Shown here one piece after another: positions 38,869 to 47,703 of a DNA stretch of 64,000 nt (position 1 is the stretch's first letter; every line of letters starts with the position of its first letter). The stretch spans positions 26,040,001 through 26,104,000 of the forward strand of contig NC_043001.1 of assembly GCF_006345805.1 (NCBI RefSeq), in the 5' to 3' direction. The translations under genes were made by a program, and so were the position numbers. The notes under the pieces were generated by a model. The model did not search any database and was not told the DNA's origin. It saw nothing but the letters and a program-made list of their open reading frames with translations. The DNA is from Octopus sinensis (taxonomy: Eukaryota).

Positions 38869-39199
38869 TTGTCCTGCTTTTTCTTCTATTAAGGTGTAGG
38901 TAGACTCTTCCATTGAAATGGTCAGTACTTAACCACCTTTCCTTTTCCTCTACCACTCTCATTCCATTAAATGTCTTTGCCTAAACTGCATAAACTATTC
39001 TTCAGTAACCCCATCTCTACCCCTTCTACAACAGATGCCATATTCAAGCAGTGTAGGTTTTGCTTGCTGACATAGGGCAAAGCAGATAGTAAGCTTAATT
39101 GGTCAAGCATATCTGTCTGGCTCCACTCGGCTGACTGCTATTTACCTGAGGGACATAGACATGGCTCCAATGGTCTGAGTCAAACAGCTTTCTTGCCCT

Positions 39200-39443
39200 A
39201 GTTAACCAATAAAGACACTTCTTTTTCTTCACTGCACACCCCACCTCCCGCCCTCCACCTCTCACCACTTCCAGTACAACTCCTTCTGTTGTAGCTTAGT
39301 GTAAGTTGAAAGTAACAGCAGCAGCAGAAGCTTCACTAGCAGTAATCCGGCAGTGGCTAGTCAGAATGCTGCTGTGTGGTTCTATTGGAGACAAAAATTA
39401 GATTGAGACAACTGTCTTCAACACACTAGAGCTTAAGGTAATG
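39200..39443 (+). promoter_or_regulatory. Candidate promoter and first exon of the BTB gene
   Basis: CCAAT (39206-39210) and GC box CCCGCCC (39247-39253), then a GC-richer stretch ending in an AAG|GTAATG donor (39437/39438). Pairing with the acceptor at 41710 is inferred. Confidence 0.4.
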
Positions 39444-40278
39444 TGTCTTTCTCACAGTGAATGTTTATTTATAAGCTAATATATATTCATACTTGCTTCT
39501 AGGATTTACACATCATTGTTCATATAATTGCATATTTGTGTGTATGTATGTATATGTATATATATATTTATATATATAGATATAGATAGATAAATAGATA
39601 TGTGTGAGTATATCTATGTATGTATATGTATGTAGGACCTAAAATGAATTGTAAGGTGATGTTGGTGATTGGTATCTTAAACTGTGACAGCATCTATATT
39701 TGGGACATTTTGCTTCATAACAGTTTTCACTTTCAGAGATAGCACTTTGAATGCCACAATATAATTCACATTTATATATTTCTCAACTTTGTTTCCATGA
39801 CAACTACCAACTGCTGATATAAAGATGTGTAATGCTAGCAGTGAAAATGTAGCCTGGGTTTTTACAATAGTAAACATTTATTTTTTTTTTTAAATATATA
39901 TCAAAACAAAAACACAAATAATTATTGTTTACATTTTGTATGAAATGTGATTGTTAATTATAACTCAAAATAAATCTTAACAGTTTATTTATTTATTTTA
40001 TTATTTTGTTAATGTAAGATATAGGCATTAAAGATTCCTTTAGTTATAGAAATATGAAAGCAATGTAGTTTAAATTATCACAATATTTAAATTTTAAACA
40101 TTTTACATGAAGAAATTAATAACATATATTATGCAATGTTATATCTGAATATATCTATATGTATGTGTCTGTGTAGGTATGTATTTTTCTAACTGTACAT
40201 ATATTTATATGTGTGTGAGAGAGAGAGAGATCTATCACTTATGTGGCTAATGTTGTATAGCTATTTCATATTTAAATA

Positions 40279-40672
40279 GGCGCAGGAGTGGCTGTGTGGC
40301 AAGTAGCTTGCTAACCAACCACATGGTTCCGGGTTCAGTCCCACTGCGTGGCATCTTGGGCAAGTGTCTTCTGCTATAGCCCTGGGCCGACCAATGCCTT
40401 GTGAGTGGATTTGGTAGACGGAAACTGAAAGAAGCCTGTCGTATATATATATATGTATGTGTGTCTGTGTTTGTTCCCCTAGCATTGCTTGACAACCGAT
40501 GCTGGTGTGTTTACGTCCCCGTCACATAGCGGTTCGGCAAAAAGAGACCGATAGAATAATTACTGGGCTTACAAAAAGAATAAGTCCCGTGGTCGAGTTG
40601 CTCGACTAAAGGCGGTGCTCCAGCATGGCCGCAGTCAAATGACTGAAACAAGTAAAAGAGTAAAGAGAGTAA
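40279..40672 (+). mobile_element. Full-length young SINE family B
   Basis: GGCGCAGGAGTGGCTGTGTGG head, GGGTTCAGTCCC B-box-like motif, CTTGGGCAAGTGTCTT CORE-like block, internal (AT)n(GT)n, tail CAGCATGGCCGCAGTCAAATGACTGAAACAAGTAAAAGAG; near-identical to the reverse complement of 54664-55070. Confidence 0.9.
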
Positions 40673-40903
40673 ATAAACCATATTGTATAACAAACACCCA
40701 GTTATTTTTGTTGGTGCAGTTGTAGGCCCACCTTTAGCACTTCACAGAAATTCTTGGGGAATAAAAATATTTATGTTTATGATACTGCCTGCTGAGATAT
40801 TATTCCTATAGGGGAACTGTGTGGGGAAATAAATAAAAGCTACTCCTTAATTGTTGGTGCAATAAAGAATTGGTTGGAAGGATAACCAATCCAGACCTGT
40901 GAT

Positions 40904-40966
40904 ATCTGCCACTAGCTAGTAGATTTTCACATCTGCCACTAGCTAGTAGATTTTCACATCTGCCAC
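40904..40966. repeat. 27-bp tandem repeat, 2.3 copies
   Basis: ATCTGCCACTAGCTAGTAGATTTTCAC at 40904 and 40931, partial copy at 40958. Confidence 0.9.
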
Positions 40967-41429
40967 CCTTGTTTATCTTTGGTCATACCTCCTTTTGCTA
41001 ACTGGATAATGGATACCATTTACAATAATAGAGATTTTATTGGTAGTTCTCTCTTAATTGCTTTTTTATTCTTAAATGTACTTTCATAACATTTTATGAT
41101 GATATTCTTGCACAGACCAGGTGTGGTTTACATTATTTAAAACTTCTTTTGAGAAGGAAGAGAAAATAATAGCTCTCTCAGCAATTTTATTTTATATCTA
41201 TTTGGGTTGGGTTGAATTGTGCACTCTTCTAAATTATAAAAGTTTAACCATAAATACAGCTAAGAAAAGTTAAAAGAATTCACATTTATATAAAAGAATT
41301 ATATAAAGAAATAAATTATAACTTTTGTGGCACAATTTTCATTCAGAACAAAGCTTTTATAGATTTAAGGCCTGAGATCTCAAAGTAACTTAAGCACTTT
41401 TAGCAATAGAGTGTGAGTTTCTCTTTTAA

Positions 41430-41645
41430 CTCTTTGTTGCTGTATTTCTGTTGAAATATACTGTCTTTCGTTCTATTTTGAAAATTAAGAAGAATTTTGT
41501 AAAATAACTTTGTAAGTCATTTATTTAGCAGGTGTCTGAAATGTAACTAATCGAGAAATTTAATAGTTTAATTTAGATTCCTTTACAACAAAGAATTTTT
41601 TATCATAGAACCAGGGTGGTCTTAGGTGGGTTGGTCTCAAAAGGG
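41430..41645 (+). mobile_element. piggyBac-type MITE
   Basis: TTAA at 41426-41429 and 41646-41649; termini CTCTTT...AAAGGG. Confidence 0.75.
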
Positions 41646-41689
41646 TTAAATGTGTCTATTTGGAACGTATTATTTTTTTATTAAAAAAA

Positions 41690-41711
41690 TTTCTTTTATT
41701 TAATTTGCAGT
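41690..41711 (+). other. Splice acceptor of the BTB coding exon
   Basis: TTTCTTTTATTTAATTTGCAG| ending at 41710, 79 nt upstream of the ORF ATG. Confidence 0.7.
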
Positions 41712-41789
41712 TATGTGAGCCACATGGTGGGCAAAAATGGCCTAAAAGACTGAAGTGGAATACAATGTTGGAGAGACTAGCAGCAGATC

Positions 41790-42791
41790 ATGAGAAGATA
41801 CAGTGCTCAAGTGCAGTATCCTGATCCCACCAAACCTCCCTCTGGTGGTGTACTGGATGTCAATGAAGATGGAGACAGTACTCGAAAATGCAAGACAACT
41901 CAGTCTTTTGAGACTTTATTTGATAGTGAAGCCCTCAGTGATGTGGTGCTTAATATCAACGAAGGTGAACTTACCTTCAATGCTCACAAAATGATACTTG
42001 GCATGAAAAGTGAGGTTTTTACACGCTTATTAAACGAACTTACTGCAGTAGATGACAGCCCCCGTCTAATACTTAAATTGCATGTTGATGCAGACTGTGT
42101 TCAAATTTTCAGCCGATTTCTATATTTTCTTTATAGTGGAGCAGTATGGTTACACCGAGAGTACGTAGTGCCATTATATCGGCTAGCTGTTGATTATTCT
42201 GTATGGCCTCTTATTAGCCACTGTGAGAATTATATAATGCAAATTCTTGAAAAGACTATACAGTATGGGTATGGAACAGCAAGCTTCAGCATTGAAGTGG
42301 TTAGTAGTTTATATGAATCAAACATTATGCCGGGCCAAATCCGATCTCAAGCATTCCAAGTTTTATGTGTTTGTTTTACCCAGCTGTCTTGCAGTAAGCT
42401 TTGGTCTTCATGTTCATGGGAAATGGTCCGTGACTTGATCCAGAGTGATGATATAAATGCAGATGAGGATTGCATCCTCAGTGCTGCGACTGGATGGATG
42501 AAAGACAATAAACTCCAAGACAAGTCAAAAATCCAGGATATATTAGCAAATATTCGATATCCAATGCTAAACAGGCGGGTATTATACCACCTGTTAAAGA
42601 ACAGGGCTTTTCAAAATTTTCCTTACGTTGCTGAACTTGTTGATGGTGCTGTGAAATACCAGTGTTTTAAAGACCTTGCTGAGGCACATCACGAATTTAC
42701 TGGAGTTCAGTATCAACGTAGGAAAGGACAATTACCAAGGAGTTCACAAACTGTTGGCACAGTTCCACATCAACATATACAATCAGTGTGA
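41790..42791 (+). CDS. BTB/POZ-BACK domain protein (BTBD17-like), 333 aa, coding region apparently in one exon
   Basis: BTB motifs LFDSEALSDVVL, FNAHKMILGMKSEVF, FSRFLYFLYSG and L.SHCENY; BACK motifs LIQSDDINADEDCILSAATGWM and ILANIRYPML. In-frame TAG at 41778-41780 fixes the start; AATAAA lies at 42837-42842. Confidence 0.92.
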   Translation: MRRYSAQVQYPDPTKPPSGGVLDVNEDGDSTRKCKTTQSFETLFDSEALSDVVLNINEGELTFNAHKMILGMKSEVFTRLLNELTAVDDSPRLILKLHVDADCVQIFSRFLYFLYSGAVWLHREYVVPLYRLAVDYSVWPLISHCENYIMQILEKTIQYGYGTASFSIEVVSSLYESNIMPGQIRSQAFQVLCVCFTQLSCSKLWSSCSWEMVRDLIQSDDINADEDCILSAATGWMKDNKLQDKSKIQDILANIRYPMLNRRVLYHLLKNRAFQNFPYVAELVDGAVKYQCFKDLAEAHHEFTGVQYQRRKGQLPRSSQTVGTVPHQHIQSV

Positions 42792-42836
42792 CCATTATGT
42801 ATATAAAGTGAATATATTAGTAACTAAAGTATTGTA

Positions 42837-42842
42837 AATAAA
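42837..42842 (+). terminator. Candidate poly(A) signal of the BTB gene
   Basis: AATAAA 46 nt after the stop codon, followed by T/GT-rich sequence. Confidence 0.5.
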
Positions 42843-43004
42843 TTTTTAACATACTGGAGTTGTATTTATTTATGATTGATCTCCTGTTCTTTGAAGTTTT
42901 TGTTTTTGAAAATTTGGATGTTTACTAGATGAAATTTCTTTTCTTTAATGTTGACCTTATATAAGGAAAACAGAATAATATATTGATTAGAAAGCTTGTC
43001 AGTG

Positions 43005-43155
43005 GAGCATGAGAAGACATTAGACCCAGCTAGTGTTCAGGTCTCACCAAACCTCCCTCTGGTGGTGTACCAGACATCAATAAAGATGGCAATAGAATAC
43101 TTGAAATGCAGGACAACTCAGTCTTTTGAGACATTTGATAGTGAAACCCAGTGTT
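43005..43155 (+). pseudogene. Decayed partial duplicate of the 5' end of the BTB ORF
   Basis: Aligns to ~41789-41942 (CATGAGAAGA..., CCAAACCTCCCTCTGGTGGTGTAC, ACAACTCAGTCTTTTGAGAC, TTTGATAGTGAA); has an early TAG, a frameshift and a 3-nt deletion; CRTTQSFETFDSE versus CKTTQSFETLFDSE. Confidence 0.85.
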
Positions 43156-43499
43156 ATGATTGTATAGAACATTGTTTGAATTTATTACAAGTGCCTACAC
43201 TTGTCAATTACAAGCTACAATTTCTTTTATACATACATATATACATACATACAATATGCAAACATATATTCATATATGATTTTTCAGAAATGGAGACACA
43301 TGTGTGATGTAAACTGTTGTACAGAAAGAAATTAGTAGTGAGAATGAAAGGGTAGCTGAGAGAGGGCAGTAAATATATTAGAAAAGTTAAATCAAAATGA
43401 AATAAACTACAATATACCTGAAATACTCAAACAATAGAAATAAAACTAGGTATGATTTATATTAAACCAAACCATTTTTTTTACTTAGGTACAAGCCTA

Positions 43500-43855
43500 A
43501 ATATATATACACGTATGCATATATGAGTACAGGATGTTACCAACAGTAAACAACACGAAATACGAAAACAAATGAGTTCAATATGCAAACAACTAGAGAA
43601 ACAAATGGAAAACAGGACAAGTAGCAAAAAGAACGACCCTTCATCAGTTGTAAACTGTCTGTCTACGCTTCATTTTGAGCATTGAGCGACAATATGAGTC
43701 TTTGAAGACAGTTGCTCCCAAAAGTACCAAAATAAAATTTGAGATTTATGGAGGGTCAAAGTTGGGAACAAAAACAGGACAGTGGAGAGATTCAAGGAAA
43801 CCGAATGAAAACTAACATGGGAGGGGTGTCGTTAAACCAGAATGAGGGTAAAATA
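43500..43855 (-). mobile_element. Unclassified repeat, possibly derived from a Penelope-like terminal repeat
   Basis: Strongly strand-asymmetric (A/G-rich on +) and carries CTGATGAAGGG on the minus strand at 43647-43637; only one copy in the window. Confidence 0.3.
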
Positions 43856-43860
43856 GCAAG

Positions 43861-44250
43861 ATCATCATCATCATCATCATCGTTTAACGTCCGCTTTCCA
43901 TGCTAGCATGAGTTGGATGGTTCAACTGGGGTCTGGGAAACCTGAAGGCTGCACCAGGTCAGTCAGATCTGGCAGTGTTTCTACAGCTGGATGCCCTTCC
44001 TAACGCCAACCACTCCATGAGTAGTGGGTGCTTTTTATGTGCCACCGACACAGGTGCCAGACGAGGCTGGCGAACGGCCATGCTCGGATGGTGCTTTTTA
44101 CATGCCACCAGCATGGAGGCCAGGCGAGGCTGGCAACAGCCACGATCGGATGGTGTTTGTTACGTGCCACCGGCATGGAGGCCAGTCAATGCGGCACTGG
44201 CTATGGCCACGTTCAAATGGTTCTCTTACGTGCCACCGGCACTGGTATTA
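43861..44250 (-). mobile_element. Family C RTE-like 3' end with four ~60-65-bp internal subrepeats
   Basis: (CAT)n CGTTTAACGTCCGCTTTCCATGCTAGC; subrepeats GGTG.T..TTA.(G/A)TGCCACC.GCA near 44028, 44090, 44152 and 44221. Confidence 0.8.
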
Positions 44251-44946
44251 CAACTACAAATTCCATTGATGTTGAAAGAGAGAGACATTGGAGCTCAATG
44301 CAGTCCTTAAACACATTGGTTTCTGTTAAGCCATCCAACCCATGCCAGCATGGAACATGGATATATGTATATATGAATTTTGAAACCATTTTACTATTTT
44401 TCAAACTGAAAACAAGCTAGCAGAGATGGATAGTTAAGAAATTATCTATACTCGAACGCTCACCTTTAATGTAAGCCTACGACAAATGAATTAAATGTTT
44501 ATATGTTTAATTTTGATTTGTAGAAAATTATTTGATAATGGAATATTAGTGAACAGCACATTGTTGTAATAATTGTTAAATTGTAGAGTTAAATCCATAA
44601 TACAGAGCAGCAGAATGGCAGAATTATTAAAGCATTGAAGAAAATGCCTTGCAGTATTTATTCCAGCTCTTTATGTTCTTAATTCAGATCCTATAAAAGC
44701 CAGCTTTTCATTTTATCTGTCTGAGGCTGATACAATAAATGATGTACCAGTCAAGTACTGAGATCAATTTAATTGACTAATTCCTCTTCCCAAATTTGTG
44801 GCTTTGTGTCTATGTTAGAAATTATCATGAAGTTAATATATAAAATGAAACAGATTGTTTTACACCCATTTTCACTTGTTAACATAGATGAGATAGAAAC
44901 TAATCCTAGTGTTTATCCTAAATTGTCTCAAGTGCTAAGTGAATGA

Positions 44947-45205
44947 AGTCTAGGCGCGTGGCTTAATGGTTAGGGTGTCAGCACTATGATTGTAAGATTG
45001 TAGTTTCGATTCCTGGACCGGGTGACACATTGAGTTCTTGAGCAGAACATTTCATTTCACATTGCCCCAGTCCACTCAGCTGGCAAAAGTGAGTAACACT
45101 GTGATGGACTGGTGTCCCGTCCACCTGGGGAACACATACACCATTGAAACCAGGAAACTGGGCCCATGAACATGGTTAGGCGTTAAAAGGGCGCATTTAT
45201 TTATT
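44947..45205 (+). mobile_element. tRNA-derived SINE family E (CORE-like plus Meta-like block) with 11-bp TSD
   Basis: A-box TGGCTTAATGG, B-box TTTCGATTCC, CORE-like block, TGTGATGGACTGGTGTCCCGTCCA block, (TTTA)n tail; TAAGTGAATGA at 44936-44946 and 45206-45216. Confidence 0.85.
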
Positions 45206-45249
45206 TAAGTGAATGACATACAATCTTTTCTTTGGATAGGAAGCTGGCC

Positions 45250-45600
45250 CATCACCATTAGACTGCAGCCATGCTGAGACACTGCCTTGGAAAATTTTTA
45301 GTCACATGAATTGACCCCAGGACTTGTTTTTTAAAGCCCAGTACTTATTCTATTCATGTCTTTTGCCAAACTGCTATGCTATGGTGACGTAAATACTCCA
45401 ACACTGGTTATCAAGCAGTGGTGGGGGACAAACACATGCACAAATATATACACAACAGGCTTCTTTCAATTTTGTCAACCCAATAACTCTCAAGGCTATA
45501 GTAGATGATACTTGCCCAAGGCACCATGCAATGGGACTGAACCCAGAACCACATTTTGTTGATAAGCAAACTTCTTCCTACACAGCCACCCCTGCACCTA
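45250..45600 (-). mobile_element. SINE family B, diverged, near full length; a further head fragment at ~45945-46108 (-)
   Basis: GCAGCCATGCTG...CCAGTACTTATTCTAT...CTTGCCCAAG...GGGACTGAACCCAGAACCACA...ACACAGCCAC. Confidence 0.72.
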
Positions 45601-47122
45601 TCATATGTAGCTTTGCTACAGGAGGAGTTGAACTTTGCATGCAACAAGTCACTTGTTAGTATTCAGAAATGTTACTGTCTACAGTGGTGAATTATAAACA
45701 CCCACTGTACTTACTGTTTATATTTTTTAGAGCCAATGAAGGAAGCCTGTACATGATTGTTTGGTATGCTATAAAATAGCAGCAAAATCTCCCTCACATT
45801 ACACTTTATAATCTTTTGTAAAGCAGTTGTTAGGTAGGCAAACAAAATACACACACATTATATATATAATATATATATATATGTATATATACACACATAT
45901 ATATATACATACATATATATTATAGAGAGAGAGAGAAACAGAGATGAGCTTCCACACAGTTTCCATCTATGAAATTTGTTTACAAGGCATTGATCAGCCT
46001 TGAGCTATAGCAGAAAACGCTTGCCCAAGATGCTGTGCAATGAGATTGAACTCAGAACAATGCGGTTACAAAGAGAGCGTCTTCACTTACACAGCTATGT
46101 CTGCATCTATGGTCACAATTTAAAAAATTCAATTTGAAGAAACAGGTCAATGCCCACTGACTGTACAAATTCTCTTCCATGGGTGCAACAGGAAAGTAAT
46201 GGGCTCCATCTGGCTAACTTGCCCTAAATACATAAAGATGACTGCTTTGAGGGAAGAGCATCATGAATTTTATATCTTTTATCTGGCACACTTTGGAAGA
46301 TTTATATGCATGTCAAAATGGTAGCATCTAAACCTGGTAAGATATCTTCTAAATATCTTTGACACTCGGGATAATTCTCATGGCAGTTAGGAAATCATCA
46401 CTTTATATTACTAAGTGTACAGGATCTACAATGATAAATGCCAGTACTGTTGATATAGGCATTGGTATCTTCATGAAGCCATCTCTGTTTATTAGTACAA
46501 ATAAAATATGACGTTAGCTCGATATCAGCAGACAGACCTCTATCCGGTCTATGTCAGCATGGAAAACACATAAAAACAATAAAGAAGCTTAGAATTAATA
46601 GGATGCCATATATCTGCACTAAGTTGCTTTTTATTGACAATTATACTGGATAATTTGACAGTAATGAAAATATGAAATATCTCAGTCATATATCGATCAG
46701 ATCTGCACTTTAATATTTCTGTTGTTTGATGTTTTTCATGTGAATGGAATGATTTTTTGCAAATTTGAATGCATAGAGCAAGAGGTTTTTTTTTTTTTTT
46801 GGTTACCAGGAGTCCAGCACCTTACTAAACGTCATCTCATTTCTAGAGAAATTATCAAATCATAACGAAATCAGACAAACTGCATGGGGTGCTCCTATAA
46901 CATGCAATCTTTGGATGTAAATACTGTTGTATATGATTTAGTTGCTAACATTTGCTGATACGATGTAGTAAAGAATGGGAAAGAAAAGAGGTCCAGTGGG
47001 ATGTTTATCTGTTGCATCATGGTCGAGGGGACTGGTATGAGGTGGGTTTTTTTTTAGGTTTTTCTATGGAGCTTGATAGGGTGTTTACCTTGAAAGTTGT
47101 AATAAATTAACTAACGGTGGCA

Positions 47123-47335
47123 TGCTGGCAGAAAGGTTTAACACGCCAGGCAAAATGCTCAGCAGTATTTCATCTGTCTTCATGTTCTGAGTTCAAATTC
47201 CACTGAGGTTGACTTTGCCTTTCATCTTTTTGGGGTCGATAAATTAAATACCAGTTGTGTACTGGTGTCAATCTAATCAACTGGCCCCCTCCCCCCAAAT
47301 TTCGACCCTTGTGCCTAGTGTGGAAAAGAATAAAT
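47123..47335 (+). mobile_element. SINE family A, alternative 3' subfamily
   Basis: Same head and core as 2488, ending CCCTCCCCCCAAATTTC...CCTTGTGCC. Confidence 0.75.
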
Positions 47336-47344
47336 GGACTAAAC

Positions 47345-47703
47345 CAGTGGTTCTCAACTATTTTTTGCCTATGGACCCCTTTGATTCCTATTTTACTCCA
47401 TGGGACTTCCATGTTTAAAAAAAATTGTATTCTATTTTGTATATTGTTGAAATGAGTACCTGTTGGGCACTGGGGGGTCAATGTAATCAACTTACCTCCT
47501 CCCATGAAACTGCTGGCTTTGTACCAAAATTTTGAATCTATTATTAATTTATGTTGTAAATATCTACTGTACTACTTCTTTGCATCTAAAGTGTATATAT
47601 ACAGGCAAACACCTTACATATCACCTATATATATAACAAAATCTTATACAGACTGCATCCCTCTTTCCCCAAGGGTCATATGGATCCTGGATGGGAATCA
47701 CTA
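47345..47703. mobile_element. hAT/Charlie-type MITE with a nested SINE A fragment
   Basis: Left end CAGTGGTTCTCAAC, decayed right end GGGAATCACTA, flanks GACTAAAC / GTTTAAAC (6 of 8 match); SINE A 3' fragment at ~47455-47545. Confidence 0.5.

Noticed and set aside
43637-43647. CTGATGAAGGG hammerhead half-core on the minus strand
   Set aside because: No GAAA or helix III follows, so it cannot be called a ribozyme; noted only as a possible remnant.
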